Of a DNA stretch of 64,000 nucleotides, positions 18,601 through 27,840 are shown piece after piece. The stretch is from Bacillus sp. (in: firmicutes). GTDB taxonomy: Bacteria; Bacillota; Bacilli; Bacillales; Cytobacillaceae. Position 1 is the stretch's first letter. Each line of letters begins with the position of its first letter. The position numbers were made by a program, and so were the translations under genes. The notes under the pieces were generated by a model. That model saw only the letters and a program-made list of their open reading frames with translations, ran no database searches and was not told the DNA's origin. The DNA lies in NCBI GenBank assembly GCA_031177865.1, contig JAPSKD010000002.1:1641-65640 (forward strand), given 5' to 3'.

Positions 18601-19538
18601 TGTATCTGGATGGTGAGCTAATAAGAAGCGCTGATCCTTCTGAGACTTTCTATACCTTTGAAGGCTTGGAACCCGGAAAAGAATATGAAATCATGGTAGA
18701 AGCATGGTCTGGAGAAGAAATTATAGATTACGGCTTTGCTTTTGCGTGGACCTTGAGCGAAGATTTGAATTTCACGGATATCAGTACATCAGATAGCTCA
18801 ATTGAAGCCTCATGGGAATATACCGGGAATGAAGAGTTAAGCGGCTATAATGTCTATTTGGATGGCGAGTTCCAGGAGTTTGTTGATGCAGAAACAAACA
18901 GTTATACCTTTGAAGAATTAATGCCGAGAACATCCTATACATTAGCCCTTGAAGCGGTCAATAAAGAGGAATCAGTGGTTTCTTATACTTCCACTGACGT
19001 TCAGACAGACAGTGATAGTGCTGTAAAGTTCGTGGATGCTGCAGCAACAGAAAACACGATTAAGGCTTATTGGGAATATACAGGCTCAGAGGTTGATGAG
19101 TATTTGCTCTATCTGGATGGAGAATTAGCGGCAACCCTGGATCCTGAAGAAGCATTCTATGAATTCACAGGCTTAAAAGAAGGTACTGAGTACGAAATTA
19201 GCATAGAAGCTATTTTGGAAGGAGAAGTTGTTGCGTTTGATTCACTCCTGATTAAAACGGAAGAAGCCGGGGAGGAGGATGGCGGCACTGTGCCGGGTAA
19301 AAATCCAGGCAAAGGCGGAACACCCGATAAAGATAAAGGAAAACCGGGTTCACCGGCAAAAGATCAGAACGTGAAAGATAACAAGCCATCTAAACAGACT
19401 GTAAAAAACACTAAATCAGGCAAGAAGCTTCCAAACACAGCGACGAATATGTATAACATGCTGGCGCTGGGATTGACTCTGTTAATAGCGGGGTCCATGC
19501 TCATGCTATGGCACAGCAGAAGAAAGAAGCTTGTATAA
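15675..19538 (+). CDS. Sortase-anchored internalin-like LRR + FN3 surface protein (LPNTA)
   Basis: Signal peptide; three cap-LRR blocks (PDxNLExAIxExL, LxxLxNLxxL); FN3 repeats (W..Y..L.P.T.Y); C-terminal KLPNTA + TM + RRKK. Confidence 0.92.
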   Translation: MKKSKIWLNVAVVMAIIFSFFSPISQTHGSTKAAAMIDLAEPLLEDGKVTLTWKTILSVQNQSQETYKMIKNDEILEIEPTLISAEILDEKVIKTYEYIDQAAAEEQVYVYSIKGQQGDVDLTSAAKKVSVYIEDSQSSPEESEEPAEEAKTDESSKGSQEQAESDQDPPSTEEPANPVAEEVILENPNLEKIIREQLPKPEGALLKDDLEKLTFLNINNRFGDVDSLKGLELAVNLQHLIIEDVSISDISILENLTNLTELKINSLPLENIDSLLMLPLLERVQIGNLELDLGQSDVLRDLSLRGTQIEVLDDSKSFLLNVYRITESSAQVSWGMYGSGKVDKYTLTLNGEIIATVEDDVYEHQLTGLKPSTSYNIKVSALSAGSVMAENEYSFTTLPSPLGEKVKIPDSNLEAAIKEELGLDRELHTSDMERLTALFAPGMEIESLDGLENAVNLDHLVVYDNRIEDLAPLKSLTKLVILDIGDNPVSDSSIFKNLTKLANLDVSYTGFEDFTFLKELPSLQAVYLYGNLQIEDHAPSIEALEYLRSKGVEVNYDFDENVNMEIYTDFVNESKIGISWDYWTEEEDDYSYPDQYVLSVDGVEKEISGEINSEIFTELKPETEYSFKVKAYQEGKLIGKAALTVKTAPLPTGDIIHFPDKKLEKALKERLGLDRDIQESDMLSLVSIDLSSAEIKDLSGLEKAANLEDLSLWDNNIKDLSPLGSLKHIMSLDLDGNPITDLKPLTGLSNLHALFLSNTGIKDFSSLNNLSGLMYLTLSNNGIGSIPDLSGLKSLEILELSSNNITSLKGLEGLSNLMMLTIESNPVSDFTVLSKMKLLYLDASYTDMQNLKWAADLTQLEGLAVAGNNLSDISPLKNLKNLSMLLLNENQISDIRVLLELERLEYVTLFNNEGLDLSEGSEAMKIIEQLLAKGVFVEFENITEGMLYFDSIASTSNTIDVSWTYEGEEEIEEYQLYLDGELIRSADPSETFYTFEGLEPGKEYEIMVEAWSGEEIIDYGFAFAWTLSEDLNFTDISTSDSSIEASWEYTGNEELSGYNVYLDGEFQEFVDAETNSYTFEELMPRTSYTLALEAVNKEESVVSYTSTDVQTDSDSAVKFVDAAATENTIKAYWEYTGSEVDEYLLYLDGELAATLDPEEAFYEFTGLKEGTEYEISIEAILEGEVVAFDSLLIKTEEAGEEDGGTVPGKNPGKGGTPDKDKGKPGSPAKDQNVKDNKPSKQTVKNTKSGKKLPNTATNMYNMLALGLTLLIAGSMLMLWHSRRKKLV

Positions 19539-19543
19539 AAGTA

Positions 19544-19573
19544 AGAGGATCCCTCCTTATATGGAGGGATCTT
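19544..19573 (+). terminator. Hairpin after LPNTA protein
   Basis: GGATCCCTCC/GGAGGGATCT. Confidence 0.7.
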
Positions 19574-19608
19574 GTTATGTCAATATAATAGAAAGGAAAT
19601 TACTTATC

Positions 19609-19824
19609 ATGAAAAAAATCATAAACGTAACATTTATATTATTGATCCTATTAGCAAGCGGATGCAGCAGGGAAGAAGTAGAAAAGAATGAAAAACAACT
19701 AGCCAATCTGCAAAAAGAAGTGAGTGAGCTAAAAATAGAAAATACAAAACTGAAGATGGAAAATACGAAACTGGAGAAGAAACTAAAAACCATTATAAAG
19801 GAGAGAACAGACAGTAAAAATTAA
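19609..19824 (+). CDS. 71-aa coiled-coil lipoprotein
   Basis: RBS GAAAGGAA, ATG 19609; lipobox LASGC; heptads LKIENTK-LKMENTK-LEKKL. Confidence 0.7.
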   Translation: MKKIINVTFILLILLASGCSREEVEKNEKQLANLQKEVSELKIENTKLKMENTKLEKKLKTIIKERTDSKN

Positions 19825-19936
19825 ATGATTGGATCCTTTGTCTCCCTTTTCAATAATTTACTATTTTTAGATATAAGAAGAAATGCTATGATAAATATGT
19901 CTAAAAATACAGATAAATGTCAAATAGGGGGAAAGA

Positions 19937-21355
19937 ATGAAAAGGATCAGCCAATTTTTAATCCTGTTGTTGTCGGTGCTTGCAATTATATGGAATATAG
20001 ATATGCCAGAGGCAAAGGCAAATTCAAATCTTGAAAGAATTTCGGGAGATAACCGAATACATACAGCTATTAAAATATCACAAAGGGGCTGGCCAAAGGG
20101 ACTGGTTTCACAGGAAAGAGCCGTAATCCTGGCAAGGGCCGATAATCCGGCTGATGCACTAGCGGCCGCAAGCCTGGTTGGTGTAAAGGATGCTCCAATT
20201 CTATTAGCCTACCCCAATAGAATAGACGCAGCTACTTTAAATGAACTGTCACGCCTGAAAGCAGCAAAAGTATACATACTGGGCGGGACGGGTGCGATTA
20301 GCACAGGGGTGGAAAATGCGATCAGAAATAAAGGGATCGCCACACAAAGGGTCAAAGGAAGCACCCGCTATGATACGGCGGCCGCAATCAATTCCATAAC
20401 TGGGGCTTCATCAGCAAAAGCGATTCTCGTAAACGGCGATACCATTGTCGATGCATTGCCTGCGTCCAGCTATTCAGCCATTAACAAAATCCCTATCTAT
20501 CTTGCAAAAAGGGATTCGCTGCCAAAAGCCCTTCCTCCTGCAATCAAAGAGGTAATCATTTTTGGCGGAACAGGAGTGGTCAGCGAGAACTTAAAAAAAT
20601 CACTTGCTGCAAAGGGGATTAAAGTACGAAGAGTGTCAGGTGAAAACCGCTACAGCACAAGCGTAGAGGCAGCAAACTTAAATAATAATACTGACAATGT
20701 CATTTTTGTAAGAGGCACGTCCACTAATCAAGCATACCCTGAATATCCGGATGCAGTTGCTTCTTCCGGATTGGCAAAAAAGTTAAACACAAATATTGTG
20801 CTTGTCCATCCAACAAGCGTCCAGGACCCGGTCTATGACTATGTGAATCAAATTGATCCAAAGGTATACGTTCTGGGAGGTACAGGAGCTGTAACAGATA
20901 GGGTACTGACTGGCTATGGTCTTTTAGCCGGGAATTCCTGCCCGCCTTTTAACTGGCCGGCAGATGGGACTCTAACGTCAGGTTTCGGATCGCGGTGGGG
21001 AAGCTTCCATTATGGAATCGATATAGCCAAAAAAGGAGATGTGCCTGTCAAGGCAGCCTACGATGGCACCGTGAGCTATGCCGGCTCTATGACTGGATAC
21101 GGGAATACCATCATGATCAGACATAGAGGAGACACGCAGGAGACGTTATATGCACACCTTAGAAGCATATCAGTCAAGAAGGGCCAGGTTGTCAAAACAG
21201 GCCAGCAGATTGGCTGGATGGGCAGCACCGGCCAGGTATCCGGCCAGCATCTTCATTTTGAAACACATTTAGGGTTATGGAATGGATCGAAGTCCAATGC
21301 GGTAGATCCGATTAAGCTGCTGCCGAATTCATCGACGCCTGCTTCGTGTTTTTAA
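19937..21355 (+). CDS. CWB2 x3 + M23 peptidoglycan endopeptidase
   Basis: CWB2 repeats, then HYGID, GYGN, YAHL, HLHFE. Confidence 0.92.
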   Translation: MKRISQFLILLLSVLAIIWNIDMPEAKANSNLERISGDNRIHTAIKISQRGWPKGLVSQERAVILARADNPADALAAASLVGVKDAPILLAYPNRIDAATLNELSRLKAAKVYILGGTGAISTGVENAIRNKGIATQRVKGSTRYDTAAAINSITGASSAKAILVNGDTIVDALPASSYSAINKIPIYLAKRDSLPKALPPAIKEVIIFGGTGVVSENLKKSLAAKGIKVRRVSGENRYSTSVEAANLNNNTDNVIFVRGTSTNQAYPEYPDAVASSGLAKKLNTNIVLVHPTSVQDPVYDYVNQIDPKVYVLGGTGAVTDRVLTGYGLLAGNSCPPFNWPADGTLTSGFGSRWGSFHYGIDIAKKGDVPVKAAYDGTVSYAGSMTGYGNTIMIRHRGDTQETLYAHLRSISVKKGQVVKTGQQIGWMGSTGQVSGQHLHFETHLGLWNGSKSNAVDPIKLLPNSSTPASCF

Positions 21356-21360
21356 AATGA

Positions 21361-21392
21361 AAAACCACCATTGAAGTTTACAATGGTGGTTT
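21361..21392. terminator. Bidirectional terminator
   Basis: AAACCACCATTG/CAATGGTGGTTT between convergent genes. Confidence 0.85.
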
Positions 21393-21396
21393 AAAT

Positions 21397-22209
21397 TTAC
21401 TTGCTGATTAAATATTCGTTTACAAACTTGCTCCAAAGAAGGTGTCCCTCTTTGTTAGGCACGTCTCCTTCTTCAGATAAGTAACCGAGAATTTCTTCAC
21501 CCTGCGGATCAGGCCATGCCGTCCAGTGATCAAGATATGGAACTTCATTTGTTTCTGTATACTTCTTTAATTCTTCCACCTGAACAGGATAATAACTAGC
21601 CTGATAGATTGGATGTGGAGGCTGAATGATAAATACGGCTTCCGGATTTTCTGCTCTCACTGTTTCGATCCAATTAGATATATGAGTATGAGAATCCTCA
21701 ATACGAACCTCGCCATTATCATTTAGAGTCAAGGGCTCTAATAGAATAAGATCAGGCTTCAGGGCTGCCAGTTCCTTAGCTTTATTTTCAGCAGAGAAGT
21801 CCATGGAGGTTCCATTATAAGTTTGGATCACTACCTCTAAAGAATCAGTACCATATGCTTTCTCAAGTTCTGCCTTTGTTAATTGAGCCCAGCCATTTGT
21901 GTCATTGCCAAGGGCTTCAGAACCAGCAAGGACAATTTTAAAAGGCGCTTCCTTTTGCAGAGACAATTCAAATTGTTTTTTTGCTGCATCAGGCCAATTT
22001 TTGGATAGAATCTCGAACTCTTCTAAAGTGATCTTTGAAGTATTTGATGGAGCTTCGGCTTTAGACGCCTCCGTGTTAGAGCCTGACTCTTTAGTTTCCA
22101 GTTCTGTTTTCTGGGTGGAAAGACCTGTTCTTTCATTCCAATGGGCATTTCCCAAAAAGAGAATCACTCCACAGCCTATCGCAAGGACAATAATCAATAA
22201 ATGCTTCAT
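21397..22209 (-). CDS. Membrane-anchored SGNH/GDSL-fold protein
   Basis: ATG 22209 behind GGAGG; KIVLAGS, PDLILLE..LNDN, YLDHW, PNKEGH blocks; divergent from the polysaccharide operon. Confidence 0.7.
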   Translation of the reverse strand: MKHLLIIVLAIGCGVILFLGNAHWNERTGLSTQKTELETKESGSNTEASKAEAPSNTSKITLEEFEILSKNWPDAAKKQFELSLQKEAPFKIVLAGSEALGNDTNGWAQLTKAELEKAYGTDSLEVVIQTYNGTSMDFSAENKAKELAALKPDLILLEPLTLNDNGEVRIEDSHTHISNWIETVRAENPEAVFIIQPPHPIYQASYYPVQVEELKKYTETNEVPYLDHWTAWPDPQGEEILGYLSEEGDVPNKEGHLLWSKFVNEYLISK

Positions 22210-22412
22210 AACAGCCTCCAATAAAGAAATTTATATATGTAATAATTGCCAAATAAGAATACTATCTATCAAATTCTTACATTTTATAGTTAAATAGGAA
22301 GAGGATTACGGGTTCTTTACAATTTTATTAAAATTATGACAAAAAAACACAAATTTAGCAATATTTTATGATATAATACCTTTTGTTTTAAACATCTAAC
22401 TAGGAGGATATC

Positions 22413-23153
22413 ATGGAGGAAACGATTAGTCTAAAAGAACTATTCCAGACATTGAAAAAGAGATTCTCTCTTATTATAGCCATAACCATCATTGCGGTCA
22501 TGATCAGCGGGATAGTCAGTTATTTCGTATTAACGCCTATTTACCAATCATCAACACAGATTCTTGTAAACCAATCAAAAGATGAACAAGGACTTTATAA
22601 CTATAATGAGGTTCAAACAAACCTTCAGTTGATCAATACTTATAACGTCATTATTAAGAGTGCTGCTATTCTTGAATTAGTTAAGGAACAACTAGATCTT
22701 GATATAACAGCAGCGGAATTAAATGAAAAAATTACAGTTCAAAGTGAACAAAATTCACAGGTAGTCACTCTTTCAGTTCAGGATGAAGACCCTCAGATGG
22801 CAGCGGACATTGCAAACAAAACCGCTGAGGTCTTTCAAAAAGAGATTGTAGAGATAATGAACGTAAACAACGTAACTATAATAGCCAAAGCTGAATTAGG
22901 GGAAAACCCATCACCGGTAAAACCACAGCCGCTTTTAAACATTGCAATCGCAATGGTAGTAGGTTTAATGGCAGGTGTTGGGATAGCCTTCCTATTAGAA
23001 TACTTAGATAACACCATCAAAGATGAACAGGATATTGAAAAAGCAGTAGGCCTTCCGGTTCTAGGGGTAATTGCAACGATTGAAGAAACAAATGAAAGTT
23101 CAAGTCGCTCAGAAAGAAGCTCAAGATTAAGGGGTGAGACGATTGGCTCTTAA
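22413..23153 (+). CDS. tkmA: Polysaccharide chain-length regulator / BY-kinase modulator (YwqC/TkmA, CpsC)
   Basis: MEETISLKELF, two TMs, PVKPQPLLN, EYLDNTIK..GLPVLG. Confidence 0.92.
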   Translation: MEETISLKELFQTLKKRFSLIIAITIIAVMISGIVSYFVLTPIYQSSTQILVNQSKDEQGLYNYNEVQTNLQLINTYNVIIKSAAILELVKEQLDLDITAAELNEKITVQSEQNSQVVTLSVQDEDPQMAADIANKTAEVFQKEIVEIMNVNNVTIIAKAELGENPSPVKPQPLLNIAIAMVVGLMAGVGIAFLLEYLDNTIKDEQDIEKAVGLPVLGVIATIEETNESSSRSERSSRLRGETIGS

Positions 23154-23847
23154 AAAAGCAGTGAAAAAGATGGCGATGGAGCATAAACGCAAGCTCATCA
23201 CAAAGAACGATCCAAAATCACCTGTATCAGAGCAATACCGCACAATCAGAACAAATATACAATTCTCCTCTATAGATGAAGAAATTCGAACCATGATGGT
23301 GACTTCTTCTGGTCCTGGTGAAGGAAAATCAACAACAACGGCTAATCTGGCAGTTGTATTTGCACAGCAAGGTAAAAAGGTGCTGCTGGTTGATGCAGAC
23401 TTAAGAAAGCCAACTGTTCACTATACCTTTAATGTATTGAATACATCAGGGTTAACCAGTGTACTGACAAGCCAGCTTCCGCTTATGGAATCTGTTAAAG
23501 CGATTGATGTGAAGAATTTATTTATACTTCCAAGCGGCCCAATTCCGCCTAACCCATCAGAATTGTTGGGATCAAGAGCAATGGATTATTTCATGAAGGC
23601 TGCTTTGGAAGAGTTTGATATTATCCTATTCGATACACCGCCTGTATTAGCGGTAACAGATGCACAAATATTATCAAACAAATGCCAGGGAACAATCATT
23701 GTTGCAGGCAGCGGAAAAGCTGAAAAAGATCAGTTAATCAAAACGAAAGAGTTATTAACCGGTGCTCAAGGAAAACTATTAGGAGTCGTTTTGAATAATA
23801 AGAAAATGAAGGAAAACCAACATTATTATTATTACGGAGCAAACTGA
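23143..23847 (+). CDS. ptkA: BY tyrosine kinase (YwqD/PtkA, CpsD)
   Basis: SEQYRTIRTN, Walker A GEGKST, DADLRKP, DTPP, C-terminal YYYY cluster. Confidence 0.95.
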   Translation: MALKKAVKKMAMEHKRKLITKNDPKSPVSEQYRTIRTNIQFSSIDEEIRTMMVTSSGPGEGKSTTTANLAVVFAQQGKKVLLVDADLRKPTVHYTFNVLNTSGLTSVLTSQLPLMESVKAIDVKNLFILPSGPIPPNPSELLGSRAMDYFMKAALEEFDIILFDTPPVLAVTDAQILSNKCQGTIIVAGSGKAEKDQLIKTKELLTGAQGKLLGVVLNNKKMKENQHYYYYGAN

Positions 23848-23944
23848 CAAATATCGACATTTTTTACTCTTTACGGTATTAAAGCAACATGTTACCATTA
23901 CAAAAGAACTAAAAAACTGACAAAAAAACGGGAGGGATAGCGGT

Positions 23945-24706
23945 ATGATAGATATCCATTGTCATATCTTGCCCGGAGTGGATGACGGGGCACAAACGAT
24001 GGAAGATAGCCTGGAGATGGCAAAGGAAGCAGTCAAAGAGGGCATTACCTCTATCATTGCTACCCCTCACCATAACTCTTCTTATCAGAATGAAAAACCA
24101 GAGATTCTTTTGAAAGTAAACGAACTAAACACGAGACTTAAAGAGGAAGCTATCCCTTTGATAATACTTTCTGGACAAGAAGTAAGAATCTATGGTGAGC
24201 TCCTAGAGGATCTGGAAAAAGGAACAATTCTTCCATTATGTGAATCTCAATATCTATTTATTGAATTTCCATCAAATCATGTACCTAGATATGCAGAGAG
24301 ACTCTTATTTGAAATCCAGCTGCAAGGGTTAATTCCTGTCATTGTGCACCCTGAAAGAAACAAACAAATTATGGAGCAGTCAGACCTCCTATATCAGTTT
24401 GTGGAAAAAGGAGCATTAACTCAAGTTACAGCTTCCAGTTTATGTGGATATTTTGGGAAGAACATTAAAAAGTTTTCACATCAATTAATAGAGGCAAACT
24501 TAACTCACTTTATTGCGTCTGATGCTCACAACATAAACAACAGGACATTTAAAATGTCAGAAGCATTGGATGAAATAGAGAGTCAGTATGGAGTAGACAC
24601 GGTTTACATGTTTAAAGAAAATGCGGAGCTTCTAGTTCAAAATCAAAATATTTATAAAGAAATTCCTGAGAAAATTAAACGCAAGAAATTTCTTGGTATC
24701 TTTTAA
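23945..24706 (+). CDS. ptpZ: PHP-family tyrosine phosphatase (YwqE/PtpZ, CpsB)
   Basis: DIHCHILPGVDDG, ATPHH, HPERN, ASDAH. Confidence 0.95.
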   Translation: MIDIHCHILPGVDDGAQTMEDSLEMAKEAVKEGITSIIATPHHNSSYQNEKPEILLKVNELNTRLKEEAIPLIILSGQEVRIYGELLEDLEKGTILPLCESQYLFIEFPSNHVPRYAERLLFEIQLQGLIPVIVHPERNKQIMEQSDLLYQFVEKGALTQVTASSLCGYFGKNIKKFSHQLIEANLTHFIASDAHNINNRTFKMSEALDEIESQYGVDTVYMFKENAELLVQNQNIYKEIPEKIKRKKFLGIF

Positions 24707-24742
24707 TTATTTCAACTAGAAGAATAAGCATATGTCAGAGAA

Positions 24743-24882
24743 GTGACCGGTAATGTCTCCTAATCCGATACCAATGGAGACACTCGGCCATGCTGTGGGT
24801 AGAGTGGCTTACCTTAGACGCCAGAGTCGTCGATAGCATGGTGTGAGGGGGGGTTAGATGCTCCGAGGCACAATGCCACACG
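24743..24882 (+). ncRNA. EAR (eps-associated RNA / epsC motif) processive antitermination element
   Basis: GC-rich structured intergenic stretch in an EPS operon: TGTCTCC/GGAGACA, CCATGCT (24788)/AGCATGG (24835), potential pseudoknot GTGGC (24804)/GCCAC (24875). Confidence 0.75.
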
Positions 24883-24928
24883 AATTTATTTCGCTTACAG
24901 AAATATTAGAATGTAAACCTTTAAATAT

Positions 24929-24980
24929 CTAATGCTAGTACAGGAAATCTCCTGTTTTACCATTAGGTATTTATTTTTTG
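24929..24980 (+). terminator. Internal terminator-like hairpin just after EAR
   Basis: CTAATG..ACAGGA-aatc-TCCTGT..CATTAG followed by a T-rich tract. Confidence 0.55.
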
Positions 24981-25009
24981 TCAGAAATAAGAAATATGGA
25001 GGAAGATAA

Positions 25010-25894
25010 ATGAAGAAAGTGCGAAAGGCAATAATTCCCGCTGCTGGTCTGGGTACAAGGTTTTTGCCAGCTACAAAAGCTATGCCAAAAGAAATGCTGC
25101 CGATTGTAGATAAACCAACTATTCAATATATAGTAGAAGAGGCAGTGGCTTCAGGGATTGAAGACATTATTATAGTTACAGGGAAAGGGAAGAGAGCGAT
25201 TGAAGATCATTTTGATAACGCTCCAGAACTTGAACAAAATCTAGAGGAAAAAGATAAGCTTGACATACTTGAAAAAGTTCAACTTTCATCCAAATTAGCC
25301 AATATACATTATATTCGTCAAAAGGAACCTAAAGGATTAGGCCATGCGATTTGGTGTGCTCGTAAATTTATTGGTGATGAACCATTTGCTGTTCTATTGG
25401 GGGATGATATTGTTCAAAGTGAAACACCATGTTTAAAACAGTTAATTAATCAATTTGATGAAACCCGTTCATCAATTGTGGGTGTTCAGAAAGTACCAGA
25501 AAATGAAACGCACCGGTACGGAATTATTGATCCATTTACAACAGAAGGTAGACGATATCAAGTAAATAATTTTGTAGAAAAGCCACCACAAGGAACTGCT
25601 CCTTCAAATTTAGCAATTATGGGTCGCTATGTTCTTACATCAGAAATTTTTATGTTCCTTGAAAGGCAAGAGCAAGGAGCAGGAGGAGAGATTCAACTTA
25701 CTGATGCAATTCAGAAATTGAATGAAATTCAACGTGTGTTTGCTTATGATTTTGATGGTAAACGATATGATGTTGGAGAAAAATTTGGTTTTATTCAAAC
25801 AAATATTGAAATAGCTTTACAAATGGATGAGTTAAGGGGTTCTTTGCTAAATTTCATGGAAAAAGTTGTGGAAACCTCAAAGCAAGTAAGATAG
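25010..25894 (+). CDS. galU: UTP-glucose-1-phosphate uridylyltransferase
   Basis: [38 protein letters not shown]. Confidence 0.97.
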   Translation: MKKVRKAIIPAAGLGTRFLPATKAMPKEMLPIVDKPTIQYIVEEAVASGIEDIIIVTGKGKRAIEDHFDNAPELEQNLEEKDKLDILEKVQLSSKLANIHYIRQKEPKGLGHAIWCARKFIGDEPFAVLLGDDIVQSETPCLKQLINQFDETRSSIVGVQKVPENETHRYGIIDPFTTEGRRYQVNNFVEKPPQGTAPSNLAIMGRYVLTSEIFMFLERQEQGAGGEIQLTDAIQKLNEIQRVFAYDFDGKRYDVGEKFGFIQTNIEIALQMDELRGSLLNFMEKVVETSKQVR

Positions 25895-25919
25895 CTTTGT
25901 ATTGAAAGGAGAAAGAAAC

Positions 25920-26597
25920 TTGAGCGGTAGTAGTACAGTTAATAAGCAGTTAGTAGAAAATAGAGAATCGTTTATCACTGTTAGGGAATCTAAGAACTAT
26001 TTATTTATAAAGCGCTCCATTGATATTTTTGGTGCTGTCTTTGGACTGATCCTATTATCTTGGGTGTTTTTAATTGTGGCAATCATAATAAAAATAGAAG
26101 ATCCAAAGGGACCTGTTTTTTTTAAGCAAGTTCGTGTAGGTAGAAATGAGAAAGAATTCTACATGTATAAATTTCGATCCATGGTTTCAGATGCTGAAGA
26201 GAAGCTAAAAGATTTGCTCCAGTATAATGAAGTTTCAGGAGCAATGTTTAAAATGAAGGATGACCCAAGGGTAACTAAAATCGGCAAGTTTATTCGGAAG
26301 ACCAGTATTGACGAGTTACCACAATTATTAAATGTAATTAAAGGTGATATGAGCCTTGTGGGACCTAGGCCACCTCTTCCGCGTGAAGTAAAAGAATACT
26401 CAACTTATGATAAACAACGATTAATTGTGACTCCAGGATGTACGGGATTGTGGCAAGTAAGCGGACGCAATAGTCTTGGGTTTAAAGAAATGGTCGAACT
26501 GGATTTGGAATACATATCAAATCAAAATATAGTTTTTGATTTAAGAATTATTTTTAAAACTGTATTTATGTTATTTGGTTCAAAAAATGCATTTTAA
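25920..26597 (+). CDS. Priming polyprenyl-phosphate glycosylphosphotransferase (CpsE/TuaA-like)
   Basis: KRSIDI, KFRSM, DDPRVT, SIDELPQ, GDMSLVGPRP, PGCTGLWQVSGR. Confidence 0.93.
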   Translation: MSGSSTVNKQLVENRESFITVRESKNYLFIKRSIDIFGAVFGLILLSWVFLIVAIIIKIEDPKGPVFFKQVRVGRNEKEFYMYKFRSMVSDAEEKLKDLLQYNEVSGAMFKMKDDPRVTKIGKFIRKTSIDELPQLLNVIKGDMSLVGPRPPLPREVKEYSTYDKQRLIVTPGCTGLWQVSGRNSLGFKEMVELDLEYISNQNIVFDLRIIFKTVFMLFGSKNAF

Positions 26598-26648
26598 TAA
26601 TAAAGTAGATAACTTGTATACAAAAACTATAAATTAGAAGGAAGAGTT

Positions 26649-27833
26649 ATGAAAAACTTAATATTTATACCTTATCATGACATATACGACTATGATAATA
26701 GTGGCATAATGACTAGAGAATACGCAATGCTTTTACTTTTCTCAGAATCTGGAATTAAAGACCTGTATTGTATAGGGAAACCAAGAACTTTACTAGATGC
26801 CAAATATTATAGTAATAAAAATAATTTCCCAGAATTATCATACGAGTATTTATTAAAGCAGCAGATTAATGGATCAAAAAAATTACGCTATTTTACTTGT
26901 TTAAATTCAGATGTTTTCTTAAAGAAGAGGTCATGGTGGCCTAAAGGTTATAACAAGCTAGTTGAAAAATTGGAAAAAGAAAAAATTGATTTTGAAAACA
27001 CTATTTTATATTCAAATAATCCATTTGCATATGGTTTAATTGAGTACTGTCATAAAAAAGGGGCAACAATTATTTTTGATATGATGGATAATTTCTGTGA
27101 GCATCCATCACTCAATGAAGAAGAGAGAAATACTGCTTTAAAGGGATACTCTATAATTTCGAAGATTGCAAATTTCTTTTCATGTAATTCCATGGCGATA
27201 AAGCAATTTTGTAATACTTCCTTTAATATTGATCCTATACTAATAAAAAATGGAGTTTTCCCGCCACGGCTGTTAAAGGGCTTAGAAAGCTCACAATACA
27301 CAACATTTTTAAACGAGAAAAAGAAATACAAAAGGACCGTAGGGTACATTGGGAAATTAGGCTTAAGAATAAATGAAGAAATAATTGTTGAAATAAGTAA
27401 ACAGTGCCCAGATACGCTTTTTGTTTTTATTGGCCCTCATTTAAAAGACCAAAAAAACCTAGAGTTAATGAAGATAATAAAGAGTCAAAAAAATATCCTT
27501 TACTTAGGCCCGGTTTCTTCAGTATATATATATTCTTTTCTCACTAAATTTGATGTTCTGTCCATACCACACGCAGTTGGTAAACGTGAAAATGGTGGGG
27601 ATCCACTTAAATTATATCAGTATCTGAACACAGGGAGACCAGTTATCACAACTCCAATTTTAGGTGTAAATGAATTTAAAGATATTATAAGAATAACGAA
27701 TAACACAGGGGAATGGATTGAGTTCATTAATAACGAAGAATATAAGTCACTTAGAAATTATAATATTCCAAGCAATATCTATTGGAATAATCGTGCTAAA
27801 CCACTAATTGATTTTATTGAGAATACAAAATAA
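26649..27833 (+). CDS. GT-B glycosyltransferase (TuaH-like)
   Basis: IFDMMDNF, VGYIG, DPLKLYQYLNTGRPVITT. Confidence 0.8.
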   Translation: MKNLIFIPYHDIYDYDNSGIMTREYAMLLLFSESGIKDLYCIGKPRTLLDAKYYSNKNNFPELSYEYLLKQQINGSKKLRYFTCLNSDVFLKKRSWWPKGYNKLVEKLEKEKIDFENTILYSNNPFAYGLIEYCHKKGATIIFDMMDNFCEHPSLNEEERNTALKGYSIISKIANFFSCNSMAIKQFCNTSFNIDPILIKNGVFPPRLLKGLESSQYTTFLNEKKKYKRTVGYIGKLGLRINEEIIVEISKQCPDTLFVFIGPHLKDQKNLELMKIIKSQKNILYLGPVSSVYIYSFLTKFDVLSIPHAVGKRENGGDPLKLYQYLNTGRPVITTPILGVNEFKDIIRITNNTGEWIEFINNEEYKSLRNYNIPSNIYWNNRAKPLIDFIENTK

Positions 27834-27840
27834 TTGGAAC

